Notes: generated from the sequence alone by a model not told the origin. A DNA stretch of 64,000 nt from the human T2T-CHM13v2.0 reference genome, Homo sapiens (GCF_009914755.1 NC_060925.1); one strand, 5' to 3'; shown: positions 1 through 14,342, counted from the first letter of the stretch. Translations and numbers: made by a program.

Positions 1-681
1 CTTGTGGGCCACTTGTATGTTTTCTTTTGAAAAGTGTCTGTCGGGTACTTTGCCCACTTTTAAATAGGGTTTTTTTTTTCTGGTAAATTTGTTTAAGTTC
101 CTTACAGATGCTGGGTATTAAATCTTTGTCAAATGCAGAGTTTAAAAAATCTTCTCCCATTCTCTAGGTTGTCTGTTTACTCTGTTGATAGTTTCTTTTG
201 CCGTGCAGAAGCTCTTAAGCTTAATTAGATCCCATTTGTCAATTTTTGCTTTTGTTGGGATTGCTTTTGGCATGTTTGTCATGAAATCTTTGCTCATTCT
301 TATGTCCAGAATGGTATTGCCTAGGTTGTCTTTCAGGGTTTTTATAGTTTTGATTTTTACTTTTAACTCTTTTCTCCATCTTGAGTTGATTTTTGTATAC
401 GGTGTAAGAAAGGTGTTCAGTTTCAATCTTCCTCATATAGCTAGCCAGTTATCCCAGCACCATTTATTGAATAGTGAGTCCTTTCTGCATTACTCATTTT
501 TGTCAGTTTTTTTGAAGATCAGATGGTTGTAGGTGTGCAGTCTGATTTCTGGCTCTCCATTATGTTCCTCTCTTCTATGTGTCTGTTTTTGTGCCAGTAC
601 CATGCTGTTTTGGTTATTGTAGCTCTGTAGTATAGTTTCAAGTTGAGTAATGGAATGCCTCCGCTTTGTTCTTTTGGCTTG
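1..681 (-). mobile_element. LINE-1 (primate L1P-type) ORF2 C-terminal fragment, continues off the window edge
   Basis: ORF 142..426(-) translates L1 ORF2 C-terminus ([27 protein letters not shown]). L1 similarity stops at about 681. Confidence 0.95.
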
Positions 682-689
682 AATCAGCT

Positions 690-1580
690 AAAATTTGAAT
701 GTATTGGTAAGTTAAATGTGGGCTAGCACTATAGTATAGAACACTGGGAAGCCTAGAGGCAAAAGAAGTTTGTATTCACTGTAGATTTGGAGCAGGTAGG
801 TAGTCCAGAGAGAGCCACCTTCAGGGTGCAGGTGTTCAGAAGGGGATCTGCTGCCACAGCAGGAAAGGCATGAAGCCCCATCCCCTGCTTAGATTCCTCT
901 CTCAATGGGAAAAAGCCTTAAATAAAGAAAGGGCAACAAACCCTGTCAACAGGAGTGAAGATTCATTGTTCCTGGAGGAAGTGTGGAAAGCACCCTCTAC
1001 TCATGGGGAAGCAGTAGGCAAGAGTCCTCTATCTAAAATCCTATAAAACAATTAGAGATCTCCTACCACTGGAGGAGGAGCAAAAAACTTCCTCCTGCTC
1101 GTGACCCATACAGAAAATAGGCAGATTTTGGCTGCCATGTGGAAGAGGGGCAAGAACACTGTGGAAATCCTACCACAAAGCCCAGGCACACAAAGCCTAC
1201 TTCCATTTAGCTGAACTAGACAGCATAGAACCTCCCTCTCATCAGCCCAGTAAGCGCCAAGTACCAAGCAACAGCAGTCTGATACTGAGAAATGACAAAA
1301 GTGTGACAAGAGACCCCCTGTAGAGTATAGGCAAATCAGGATGGCAGAAAGTTCAGCTTGGAGTATATACATTAAGGCAGAGCCTCAGAGGAATTTGAAT
1401 TTTATAGTACCCTGAGGGTAGCCATATTAAAAACAAAATCCAAATCCAGCTTAACTCTTGACTAGATCAACTCAATTTTCCAATAATAATGGCCTAGCTG
1501 AAGAAGAGGCATATGTACTTTCAAGCATGAATAGTATTGCCTCCATCTCTACTGTTCTACACAATGTGGCTGGCATTCTT
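690..1580 (+). mobile_element. Old L1M (L1MC/MD-like) 5' UTR fragment
   Basis: 'aatggcctagctgaagaagaggcat...ctctactgttctacacaatgtggctggcatt' resembles recalled L1M 5' end consensus; highly diverged. Confidence 0.55.
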
Positions 1581-1717
1581 CTGAACTCATCGTATTTACT
1601 AACATCCAAACATCCTCTCTATATCTTTCCTACTCTTCAAATTGTCCAGCCATTGAGCAAATAAGTAATAGATTTTACTTAGGACCAAAACACAGAGTGT
1701 TCAGCCAACCAACAAAT

Positions 1718-1920
1718 TTGCCTTCTTGCTGTGTCCTCACATGGTGGAAGGAGAAAGGCAGCTCTCTGGGGTCTCTTTGATAAGGGCACTAATCCCACTC
1801 TGGAGACTCTGCCCTCATGACCTAGTCATCTCCCCAAGGCTTCACCTCTTAATATCATCACTTTGGTGATCAGGTTTTCAACATAGCAATTTGGGGGGAA
1901 CACAGTCATTCAGGCCACAT
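1718..1920 (-). mobile_element. ERVL-MaLR LTR fragment (MST/MLT1A-like)
   Basis: 'ctgtgtcctcacatggtggaagg...ataagggcactaatccca...gccctcatgacctagtcatctccccaagg...ttttcaacat' is a typical MaLR LTR reverse complement. Confidence 0.85.
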
Positions 1921-2976
1921 TATACGCCATCAAAAGAAATAAGTAATTCAGGATGCAAAGCAGTTTTAGAAGAAACATAAAAATTCAGTTGTGGCTCTCA
2001 ACACTGTGCATTAGAATGACTTGAGATACTCTTAGAGCCAGTTTTAAACTGTCTTATTTTCCCACTAAATGAAAATATAATGAGAACATGAGTCACATCA
2101 TCTCTGAGTGCACAGTTATACCCAACAGCTTAGTGTTTGGCATAATAGGTGCTTTTAAAATAAATAAAATTCCTGAATTATCAAAAATTCTAAAACTTAT
2201 ATTACTTCTCTTAGGTTGAAGTAGTCAGGGTTTGGTAAGGAAACTTCACTAAATATGTCAAGTGATAAGGGATCTAATGCAGGGAATTAGACTCCAGAGA
2301 AAGCTTCCTTTATTGGTATAGGCATATAGGAGATCTGCCACCGCTGCAAGAAAGGCATGAAGAAAGGCATGAAATCCCTTTTAATACAGGGAATTAGAGG
2401 CTTACATAACCTTTGGAAACTGTGGAGGCGTGAATGCATGAGAAACACTGCTATCTTTTCAGGAGATCCATAAGAGAATGGATTGCAGAAAAGGTGCTGT
2501 CAATAATCTCAATTTTCTGAAAAGTCTAGGTGCGGCATTCTCAGGAGGACAGCTGGAACCTGCTAGCAAAATCTCACATCTGCCATTTTTCAATTCCATG
2601 TCTGCCCATTGCTACTACAGAAAAATTATGGCTTTTCTCTTTTTTATCCACCTCCCAAATATTAAATATGTTCCCCAACATTATTTTTTAAATGCCATTT
2701 TAAGTGTCATTTTTTAGCCACTGTAGTAAAAGGGAGAACTTTGAAAGGTGGGTGGAGCATCAACATCAAATGATATCTGGTAGATATAATGCATATTTTA
2801 TTCTTAGGGCCTTTCAAAAAAGGTAGAAGGCAACCCTTTCACAAGTGTTTTTGTCTTCTCTTCCCTCCAACATGCAAAATTTAGGGACCACCTTTCTTTT
2901 CTCCTCTCTTGCCTCACAAATGCACATTTTCTTGTACTTTTGTTCAATATAAATATTTGATATCATCTGCTGATAG

Positions 2977-3362
<386 letters not shown>

Positions 3363-3453
3363 CACAGATCATACTCTTAAAGAGAGAAGGTATGATTGCT
3401 TTCTTGGCTCTGATTATGTTAGTCACAGAGTACACTCATCAAAAGTTGAGCCA

Positions 3454-3776
3454 GGACTGAGCACGCCTGTGTCCTCACATGGTGGAAGGGGAAAGGCAAC
3501 AATCCCTGTAATCCCAGCACTTTGCAGGGTCGAGGTGGGTGGATCATGAGGTCATGAGTTCAAGACCAGCCTTGCCAACATGGTGAAACTCCATCTCCTC
3601 TAAAACTATACAAATTAGCGGGACATGGTGGTGGGTGCTTGTAGTTCCAGCTACTCGGGAGGCTGAGGCAGGAGAAATGCTTGAACCTGGAGGCAAAGGT
3701 TGCAGTGAGCTGAGATTGTGCTACTGCATTCCAGCCTGTGCAACAACAGTGAAACTCTGTCTCAAAAGACAAAAAA
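3454..3776 (+). mobile_element. Alu (AluS-like) carrying a foreign insert near its 5' end
   Basis: Alu body from 'cctgtaatcccagc'; TSD core gttgagccag at 3445-3454 and 3778-3787. Confidence 0.95.
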
Positions 3777-5320
3777 TGTTGAGCCAGATGTCAGGACCTC
3801 AGAAGAATAAAAGCACTATTTGAAGAAACCCATTCATCACCTGGTCCAACCTCTCATTCAATGTACAAAAATCATAACATCTCAAAAACTCTTCCAACTA
3901 CCAAGTTCTCACTTTATGGTGAGGAGTCCTTTCTGTTTTGTTTTTTTTTTCTCACAGATCAGATATTTACTCATTTCATATGGAGGATTTGTTTTCTAGT
4001 AATGCATAGACAATTAAACATTTTTTATCAAATGAATAGCATGAAGACATCATCCTACTAACTTTTACTTGGGTAAATATTTTGCCTTGTAAATGTAAGG
4101 CTTTATGTCTCTAAAATTTCACAGTGTCTGTTGCAGTTGCATAATAACATTTTCTGTTTCAATTGCACCATCCAATGCACAAGTCAAATTTCTCAGCTGT
4201 ATGTATCTCAAATAAGAAGTAGCATTCCATATATTTACTCAAAACACTCTTAAAATAAGGAGAGAAAAATATAATTATAACAGGACTACGGGGCAAATCG
4301 CTCCTATTCTCATTTCAGTTAGACCCCAATGTATCATTCAATGGTTGAAGTTTAATTAGCTACAAATCTACCTGACAATAGCAATATAGTGTAACCATCT
4401 CAATTTTGGCCAAAAGACACATCATTATCAAATATCTTGCTGAAGTTCATTCTTTAAAAATATTTTACTGAAATGCAATTGACATAAAGTGAAACACGCA
4501 GATCTTGCATTACCATTTTGTGAGTTTTGACAAATGCTATCCTCCAGGTAATCCACATCCCCTAAAAAGATACAGATATTATCATCACCACAAAAAGTTC
4601 CCTTGTGTATCATCCAAGTCCTCTCACACTTTCCTCTCTCCAAAAGCAAGCAATATTCTGATTTATGTCACCATAAGTTAGTTTTTCCTGTTCTAGAACT
4701 TCACATAAAAGGTATCAAAGAAATAATGTGCATACTTTTGTGTATGGCTGTTTAATTTTAGCACAACATCTCTTAGGACGACATGAGGTGCATATTTTAA
4801 GTAGTTCATATTTTTTAAGTTGGTGACTAGTAGATTATAAATATATTATCATTTTATGTATTCATTCTCAAGTAGATAGGCATTTGGGCTGGTTCCAGGT
4901 TTGGCTGTCATGAATAAAACTGCTATGAGCATTCTTATACAAGTGTTTTTGTTGACACATATATTCCTTTCTCTCAAATAAATACTTAGGAATAGAACTA
5001 CTGGGATATAGGGTAGTTGTATGTAATTTTCCCAAAATGATTATATTATTTTCTATTTACATCAGAAATGTGTGAGACACTTGGATACTCCAGATTCTCA
5101 CAGTCAATGTTTTCAGTCTCCTATATTTTAATTATTCTAATGTGTGAATAATGATGAATTCCTTTTCATATGCTTATTGGCCGTTCACATATCTTTTTTG
5201 TGATGGAAGTTTACAGATTTAAACCATTTTTTAAAAAATTGGGTTACTTTATTTTTTAGTGACTTGTAGGGATTCTTTATATACTCTGGATGCAAGTATG
5301 TGTATTTACATACATGTCTA

Positions 5321-5350
5321 TGTGTGTATGTGTGTGTGTGTGTGTGTATG
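5321..5350. repeat. (TG)n microsatellite
   Basis: Direct dinucleotide run. Confidence 0.95.
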
Positions 5351-6260
5351 CCCAAATATGTACTTATTGTTGTATGCCACTCTATGATTTGCCTACACAT
5401 TTTCTTGATACTGCCTTTTGATGAGCAGACATTTTAATTTTTAAGTAAATGTAAGTTATCGGTTTTTATGCCTATTGCTTTCTGTGCTTTATCTAAAAGT
5501 TATTTACTTACCCCGAGGTCATGAAAATATTCTTATATTTTCACCTAAACGATTTATAGTTTTGGGGTCTATACTTAGATCTATAAAGGTTTAATTTATA
5601 TCTTCTCAGTAGTGTTTTTACAATATGCTGAAAGACTTTCCTTTCCACATTAAATTGCTTTGACTATTTTTTTAATGAATTGACTGCACAAAAATGTGTA
5701 TCTCTGGACTCTCTATTCTGTTTCATTGATCTATTTTTTATCTTTTTGCTAATATCAAACTGTCTAGATTACTATGACTTTGCAAAATATCTTGAAATTA
5801 AATAGAACAAGTCTTAATTCTCTTTTTTCTTTTCTCAAAAATTGTGTTGCTATTCTAAGCCCTTTGAATTTCCAATTAGACTTTAGATTTAGCTTGCTGC
5901 TTTATATTTTTATAAGTCTGCTGGGAATTTTATTGAGATTGTATTGAATCAATGGATCAATATTTAAAAATTACATTTTAACATTATTGAATCTTTTGAT
6001 CTACAAACATGTATATTTATATAGGTTCTTTAAAATTTCACAATCTTTAGCAGTTGTCAATATAGAAGTTTTGCATTCTTTTAGTAAATTTATTTCAAAG
6101 CATACTTTTGTTTTTGCTATTATAAATAATATTTTCTAAAATTTTATTTTCCATTTGTATGCTGCTAATAAAGCTTTTATAAATTTCTGTATTAATATTG
6201 AATCTTATCACATTGCTAAATTCACTTATTAGATTTAGTATTTTTTGTAGATGCATTGAG

Positions 6261-6615
6261 TTTTTTTTTATTATTATTATACTTTAAGCTCTAGGGTACA
6301 TGTGCACAACGTATATGTATACATGCTCCATGTTGGTGTGCTGCACCCATTAACTCTTCATTTACATTATGTATATCTCCTAATGCTATCCTTCCCCCCT
6401 ACCCCCACCCCATGACAGGCCCCACTGTGTGATGTTCCCCTTGCTGTATCCAAGTGTTCTCATTGTTCAATTCCCACCTGTGAGTGAGAACGTGCGATGT
6501 TTGGTTTTTTGTCCTTGAAATAGTTTGCTGAGAATGATGGTTTCCAGCTTCATCCATGTCCCTACGAAGGACATGAACTCATCCTTTTTTATGGCTGCAT
6601 AGTATTACATGGTGT
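6261..6615 (-). mobile_element. L1PA (about PA4-6) 3' end, 5'-truncated
   Basis: ttattattatactttaag..agggtacatgtgcacaac..tgctatccttccccc: primate L1 3' UTR reverse complement with poly-T. Confidence 0.95.
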
Positions 6616-7329
6616 TAGGGACACCATCATGCTCTTCTATTCAAGAGTTGTATTTCTTTCTTTACAATCTATAGGACTTTTGACTTTTTTTTTTGTGCTT
6701 TGTTGCGGCAACAATAATCATCAGTTCAATCTTGAATAGAAGTGGTGAAAGAGGATTTATTATGTTTTTCTGCCTCCGTTGACAGAATTATATGGATTTT
6801 CCCTCTTATTCTTATTTAATATGGTAAATTACATTGATTTTTCAATGGTAAACCAACCTGGATTTCCTTGGACACAATATATTATCCTTTTATATGTTGT
6901 TGTATTTAATGTGCTAATATTTTATTAAATATTTGTGCATGCATGTTCAAAAGGAATATTAATCACTAATTTATTTTCCTTGTAAGAGTATTTTCTGGTT
7001 TTGATATGAGGGTCATTCACCTTCATGAAAAGCAATGGAACATATAATTTCCTCCTCTATTTTCTGAAAACATTTAGTAATATTGGTATTATTTCTCCCT
7101 AAAATGTGTAATAGAATTCACCCGTGAAGTCATCTGGATTTCAACTTTTCTTTGTGAGAAAATTTCTGATAAGAAGTATAGTTGATCACATATTAAGCCA
7201 TTCATATTTTCAGTTTTTCTTTCAATTAGGTTTGGTAAATTTCATTCTTTCAAATAATTTTTATATTTTAACTAAATTGTTAACTATATTGGCATATATT
7301 TTCCTTAATATTTTCTCTATACTTTGTCT

Positions 7330-7457
7330 TTTTTTCTTTTTAAATGAGGTCTTCCCTTCCTGCCCAGGCTGGTCTCAAATCCTGGGCTTGAGCAATCCTC
7401 CTGCCTCAGCCTCCCAAGTAGATGAGACTACAGACACATGCCACCTTGCCCAACTTT
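7330..7457 (-). mobile_element. Alu monomer (FLAM/AluJ fragment)
   Basis: gcccaggctggtctcaaatcctgggcttgagcaatcctcctgcctcagcctccc. Confidence 0.85.
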
Positions 7458-8314
7458 AATATTTTCTTATTATATATTTAATAACAACCCTAGGCACTAG
7501 AGATAGTTTCTGTCTTTCAATCCTGATATTGGTAATTTGTGGATTTTTAAAAGTCAATGAAGCAAGTTTTTAAATTAATTTTATTGATTTTTTTCAAGGA
7601 ACCAATAAACCAAACATTTTCCTCATGCTGATTTTTTTTATTTATTTATTGATTTTCAGTTTTGTCTTTATTATGTTCTTCCTTCTACTTACTTTGGATT
7701 TAATTTTCTCTTCTTTTTATAAAAGTGTTTAAAGGTGGATATTAAATTACTGATTTGACACCTTTATTATTTTCTGTTATAATCATTTGATGGTGTAAAT
7801 TTCTCTCTAAATATTCAGCTTTAGCTTATTCCCAGAAATCTTGATAGGATTTGTTTTTATTTTTATTTAATCCAAAATGTTTTCTAATTTCCTTTCAGGT
7901 TTATTCTTTGACCCACAAGAAATTTTAACATGTCATTTTGTCATTGACTTCTAATTTAATTTTTTATGGTTAGAAAAAATACTTTGTATCATTTAATTTA
8001 AAAATTATTGAAACTTATTTTATGATGCATTATATTAGACAATATCCTTGAAGGATGTGTCATGTATAATTGAAAAAATGTGTACTCTACAGTTGTGAAA
8101 TGCTCTGAAAATGTTAGTTATCATGAGTTGATCAGTGGTGTTTCTCAATTTTTCTATATTTTTACTGAATTATGACAACTTTTCTCTAACAATTGAGAAA
8201 ACAGCAAAAAATTTCCAACTATAATTTTGAATTTGACATTTTATTTCTTTAGTTCTGTCAGTATTTGCTGCCTATATTTTGTTCTATTATCAGATGTGTA
8301 CACATTTAGAATCT

Positions 8315-8520
8315 TTATTTTCAGAAACAGTCTCACTCTGTCACCCCAAATGGAGTGCAATGGCGTTATCAAAGTTCATTGCAGCCTTGAACTCATGGAT
8401 TCAAGAAATACTCCTGCCTCAGCCTCCTGAGTAGCTGGGACTACAGGAATGCATCAGCACACCCAGAATTTTTTTAATACTTTTTTACAGATGGGGTCTT
8501 GCTATGTTGCTCAGGCTGGA
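8315..8520 (-). mobile_element. AluJ fragment
   Basis: tctcactctgtcaccc..gcagccttgaactc..gctatgttgctcaggctgg. Confidence 0.9.
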
Positions 8521-8747
8521 CTTTTGTCTTCTTAATGAATTAACCCTGTTATCATTATTAAATATCTCCCTTAAATTCTGGTGATATCATGAAGTCTATT
8601 TTTTTGCTGATAATAATAGAACCACTTTACCTTTTTTATTCTGACTTTTAGCATGGTATATACTTTTATTATTCTTTTACTTTCATACTTACATTTAAAG
8701 TACTTACGGTTAAATTGTATCTTTAAATATAAGCTCATACTTTAAGT

Positions 8748-9278
8748 GTGCTATGAAGATTACATTTTGTATCAACTTTACTGCACCATAAGATGCTCAG
8801 ACTGTACATTATTTCTGGGTGTGTCTGTGAGGATGTTTCTAGATGAGAGTGATTTAAATCAGGGATTCAATAAAGTAGATTGCCTTCTATAATGTGAATG
8901 GGCATCATCCAATCCATTATTGAAGGCCTCAATATAACAAAAAGGCCAAAGGAAGGAAGAAAGAAGGAAGAATTTGCCCCTTTTTTCTTCCTGTGTGCTT
9001 GCTTTAACTGAGATATCGGTCTTCTGCACTTGGACTAGGATTGACACCATCAGCTCCCCTGATTCCCAGGCCTTCAGACTTGAACTGGAATTACTCCATT
9101 GGCTTTCCTGAGTCTCTAATTTGCAGATGGCAGATCATTGAACTTCTCAGCCCGCATAAATGGGTAAGTGAATTCCTCATAGCAAATATCTTATCTGTAT
9201 TTCTATCTATATCTATCTATCTATATATACATATATAGATATAGGTTCTCGTTCTCTGGAGAACCTTGACCTAAAACA
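8748..9278 (+). mobile_element. ERVL solo LTR, MLT2B-like
   Basis: atttctgggtgtgtctgtgaggatgttt..gggcatcatccaatcc..ttctctggagaaccttgac; internal TATC/TA tract typical of MLT2. Confidence 0.9.
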
Positions 9279-9689
9279 TGAGCTTAAATTTAAAGTGTGT
9301 AGTGTCTCTTTAAAATAGTATCTAGTTAAGTATTGCTTTTCAAAATACAGCCTGACAATCTCTGCATTTTAATTGGAGTGTTTAGTTTATTTACATTTAG
9401 TATAATTATTTATCTGATTAGATTTAGAAGTACCATTTTCTCTTTGTTTTCTTATGATCTGATATGGTTTTTGTTTCTTTTTTCTTTTTTTTACACCTTT
9501 ATTGTTAATTGAATTTTTTCAGTATTCAATTTTATGTCATCTACTGGCTTATCAAATATATCTCTATATTTTTATTTATTATATTTTATTGGTTGTTTTA
9601 GTGATATTATATAGATCCTCAATTTATCACAGTCCACCATAAATTAATATTTCCTCATAATATTATGCAAGACATTGCAACAGTATACT

Positions 9690-9984
9690 CTTTTTTTTTT
9701 TGAGATTGAGTCTCATTCTGTTGCCCAGGCTGCAGTGTAGTGGCATGTTCTTGGCTCACTGCAACCTCCGCCTCCCACGTTCAAGTGATGCTTGTACCTC
9801 AGCCTCCCCAGTAGCTGGAACTACAGGTGTGAGCAGCCATGCCCAGTTAATTTTTGTATATTTAGTAGAGACAGGGTTTCACCATGTTAGCCAGGCTGGT
9901 CACGAACTCCTGACCTCAGGTGATCCTCCCATCTCAGCCTCCCAAAGTTCTGGGATTACCGGTGTGAGCCACTGCACTCGGCCA
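9690..9984 (-). mobile_element. Alu (AluSx-like), full length
   Basis: TSD caacagtatact at 9678-9689 and 9985-9996. Confidence 0.97.
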
Positions 9985-12900
9985 CAACAGTATACTTTTG
10001 TTTACATTCCTCCCATCTTTGTGTTATTGTTGTCATATAGTTTATTCCACATGTGTTATAATCCCCACACTAAATAAGTATTATTTTTCTTTATACAGAT
10101 AATTTTCATGTCAGTAAATCAAAATATAAAGTAAAAACTGTTTCATATTCATCCATATATTTACTATTTAAAATTTTAAAAAATAATTTGTGATATCCAG
10201 GTTTTCTTCTAATTTCATTTTTCCTCTGACTAAAGAACTTTTAACATGTCTTGTAGTACAGGTCTGCTGCCACAACAACAACAACAAAAATTCATCACAT
10301 CAGCTTCCTTTTCTCTGAGAAATTACTTATTGCCCTTCATTTTTTAAAAACACATGCAGAGGGTATTTTATTCTTGCTTGGCAGTTATTTTTTTTTCCTC
10401 TCTTAGCAATTTAAGTCATTCCATTTTTCTCTTCCTTAAATTGTTTCTGGCTTGAATTCAGCAGTCAATGTTATCTTTGCTTTTCTTGATGTAATATATA
10501 TTTTCTGCTAAATAATTACAAATTAAATCTTCATCATCTTTTTTTAGCACTGCTACTATGATTTACCTAGGTATGGTGTTCTTTCTATTTATTGTATTTA
10601 GAATTCAGTAACCTACTTGTATCTGTAGCTTGATATCCCTCATTAAAATGTGCTACTGGACATTATTTTTTCGAAATTTTTATGCTACAATCTGTCTCTT
10701 CTGGAAGTACAATTCCCTGCTTGTTAAACTGCTTGAGCTTGTTTTGTTAATCTTTTCTCAGCATTTTTTTCTCTCTGTGCTTAATTTTAGAAAATTTATA
10801 TTTAATTATCTTCAAGTTTACTGACTTTTTTAGCATTATACAATCTGCTATAAAGCGAATCTATTTAATTTATTTTAAATATTGAAATCTTCAATTATAG
10901 AATTTTCATTTTTCATAACATCAATTTCTTTTCTGAAATTTCCTACCTCTTTACTTGTTTTGTTCATTTTTTTCTTTTAATTCCTTAAACTGTTTGTAAT
11001 AGCTCTTTTAAAGTCATTGTCTGCTAATTCTGACATTTCTGTTATCTCTGAGTCTGTTTCCAATTGCTGGTTTTTTTCTAGTTATAGGTAATATATTCCT
11101 GTTCCTTTGCATTTGTAGTATTTTGTTTTGTTTTGCTTTCTTACTACTGTTGATAGTATGTTATAAGTAACCTTGGCTTATGTTATATTTTTTTAAAGAG
11201 TGCTGTGCTTTGATCTGGCATCCAGTTAATTTTCTGAACCAACTAGGTGCTTTTCAAGCATGTTTTAAAGTTTTCTAAGGTGGGTCATGAGTATCTTTTA
11301 CATTCAGGCTAGAATGGCCCTACTGCTATTCTGCAGTATCATCTGAATATTCAAGGTGTTTGCTGAGGTCTCTATTCTGTCTGCCTGGAACTTCTACTTT
11401 TGGTATGATCTCAAGAATTTCCATTCAGCTGACATTTCCTTAGAAATCGTTCTATGATAGCCCTTAAGGAGATTTCCTCAGCTCGTATGCAAATATTGGA
11501 TCAAAGACATTAGGGCACCACTGTGAGTTTGTGGTACATCTATTCTGCACAGTACTTTTCTCTTCAGTATCATGTCCCATGCATTCTATCTGCCTCATCA
11601 TCATCAATCTCTGATATCTGTCTTACCAGCTTAGTGAGAATGTCATGCTTTGCTTGGCATGTCTTCCTGTGCTACAGTACAGACAGTGACTGCAGACAGA
11701 AAGCCAGAGTGACTAAGGGTCTTACCTGATGTTTCTCTTATTTGGGGGTCACGATCTTATGCTGCTTTTTGTTGGATATCTAAAACTGCCATTTCACGTA
11801 TTTTGTCCCTTTCCATAGCTGTTTATAGTGGGAGGGCTAGACCAGTAGTTATTCAATCATGCCCAGAAGCAGAAACAAAATAAAATTTTACCACAGCTGT
11901 CTCAATTTTTCAGACAAATAACGAAAGTGTATTCCTAACCTCTAGAGTCACAGTAGTATTTTAGAACCTAAAGCATAGACTCAAAGTTATCTGAGATTGG
12001 GTAAAGACAGAGAATCTGTCTTCTCTGTTAGTTTGGCCACTTCTGAATGACAGGCAGTTTAGGCCAGTTGTCCTAATAGCATAAGTTGTGAATAAAACTT
12101 CAATAGGGAGAAATCTATAAGGAGAGTCATTTTAAGATTATGTGAATTACTACAGGTAGAATAAACCATATATATGCATTCTGTCCTCTGCTGGTGAAGA
12201 ATGATATCTGAGACACTGCTACATTATTTTGCAGTTTTTTTAATTGCAATTGTCACAGTCATCTTTACCTTCCATCTAGCATATTCAAAGCTTATTAATT
12301 CTCATTTTACCATTGGCTCCCATGTTTCTGGTACCAGTACTAAAATGTTTATAGGGTCAGTTTAGTGACAGCTTTCTTGGTACCTTTGAAAAGGCATTTT
12401 AAGTTTTATGGTAGCTATTGACAGTCTTGCTCTGGGATATCTTACACCTCAGAAACCTGCTTTCTTGGAAAGACACTCCTATTGATCACATTTGTTCCAT
12501 ATGGATAATTATGCTTGGTGGATTCCAGAAGAAATCTTGTTACTCTAAGGACCCAGGGATGACCAAAGACCTCTCTTTTGCAATCATCAAATCATTTGTT
12601 TTCTTATTTTTTAATGTTTTGGAATTTTCTTTCGCTAAATCTGTTTCTGGAATAAGATTTGCTTCCAGTGTTTTATTTTTTCTCTATTGTTCCCCTATGT
12701 GCCTTTTATACACACCTTTTAGGAAGGACTCAATTGTGTTCATAATAGCTTTACCTGCTCCTTGGATTGGTCTTTTAGTTTCCCTAATATGTGTAATGTG
12801 AGATGGAACCAAAAGCTCTCTTTCGTTTTACCTTCTCTTCTCCTTATTCCCAAAGAGAGAAAAATTCAATTTTCTACATATTCCTCTTATTTATCTTTTC

Positions 12901-14289
12901 TATTGTCCTATAGTGAGATATATGAAGTCAATGAATTGTGAGCATACCAAAGCAACCGGTGAAGAAATATATCTTGTCAGTCTTATTTCTCTGAGCTGGA
13001 CAATATCGCCCAGAGATTATTATCCCATTGGACAAGTATTTTGCCTAGGTCTGATGTCAATTTATTTTTGACTTTCTTGTCTCCCCTTAATCTGCCTTAT
13101 CTTAGCTATGTCTACCCCAGAGTTATATTTTCAAAATTTGGGGGCATAATTTTCTCAGGGCACACTCAGCAACTGCAAGCTAACCACGATATTGTTGACA
13201 ACTTGAAGATCACCCAGCAGTTCTTAAAGTCTGTATTCTAATAGGATTTTCTGATATCTCCATCCCAATCCTGTGTAATTTGTAACTTTCTAGTTTAGCT
13301 CTTGGGAGTATAGGTAGTATATGTAACTGTTCTTACTCTGAATTCTCAAATTACAGCTTTACAAGTATGTTTCTTAGTAGTCCCCAGAACCTGATTCCTT
13401 CTGGGGAGCTGATAGACTGAGAATTTGCATGTTTTCTTTTGCTGTTTACTTTGGATTCCACTTCCCTTTTCTGCTTATAACAGCATCTCTCTCTCTCTTC
13501 TAACACCCTCTACAAGAATAACTAGATATGGCTACAATTATCCTTTTTCCTATATCTCCCTTAGTCTTTAAGATCTCATTTTCTTTTCCTTCTATGAATA
13601 ATGTGTCCTCTAATATCTTTATCATTTCCAAGCCCTAAAGAAATGTATTTCTTCTTCAAGCTAGTTAGCTTAGGTTCATTTACTCCCCTTCATTTACTCA
13701 GATACTTTTCTGTGCATCTGTTCTAATGAGAATACTGAAGAGTATTTTTAAATATGCCAGTTCTTCCCTTGTTTTTTAGGCAAATGTGACTGTTAGAAAC
13801 ACAATATATTTAAATACCTTGGGTACCTTTGGATTTGCTAGAATTTCTTTGATTTCATGCTATACATTTACCAAGTAAAATATATTATCTTTAAAATTAG
13901 GGAGCACATTCATTTTTTATTTGTTTATGAACAAAATCCTTCACATTATTGGGGATGCACCACTTCAGTTGACTGAAATCAAGTTCAGAACTTGTATAAA
14001 AGGAAAAATCCATTACAAGTTATAATCATGCGATGATGGGTGATTCTTGAATTTGGCAAAGATGTTGCAACTGTACCTAAAAAGGCTTGGCACTAAAGAT
14101 TTAAAGCTAGAACCTCAAAAAGGCTCTGAAGCAGAGGCATCTCAACTGCTAATCCAGTTTTAGGCCCATATCCCTGCCAAACATTTGATTTAAAAACAGG
14201 GTAAAAACAGCAATTAATTTTTTACAATGCTGGCTGGCAAGTAAGCCTTTCTGGGGGAAGAGAAAGAGACTGTTTTTCAATTGTTCAAT

Positions 14290-14342
14290 TTATTTTTTAA
14301 AAAACTCAGACCTAGAAAGAAAATTGTAAGAATATTACAAAG

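Larger units (their letters stand above)
4460..11870 (-). mobile_element. Old L1M (L1ME/MC-like), long decayed element from 3' UTR through ORF2/ORF1 toward the 5' region, interrupted by younger elements
   Basis: T-rich antisense L1 motifs in order (gttccaggtttggct..atgaataaaactgctatg; aatagaagtggtgaaag; tagaattcacccgtgaagtcatctgg); ORF 5185..5400(-) retains L1-like C-terminal residues. Confidence 0.8.

Noticed and set aside
12418-12801. 127-aa hydrophobic ORF in unique DNA
   Set aside because: TTG start, composition reflects T-rich DNA, no recognisable domain or splice context.
14028-14130. Possible C/D-box snoRNA (gcgatga ... ctga)
   Set aside because: The C box is imperfect, there is no adjacent terminal stem and no recognisable guide sequence.
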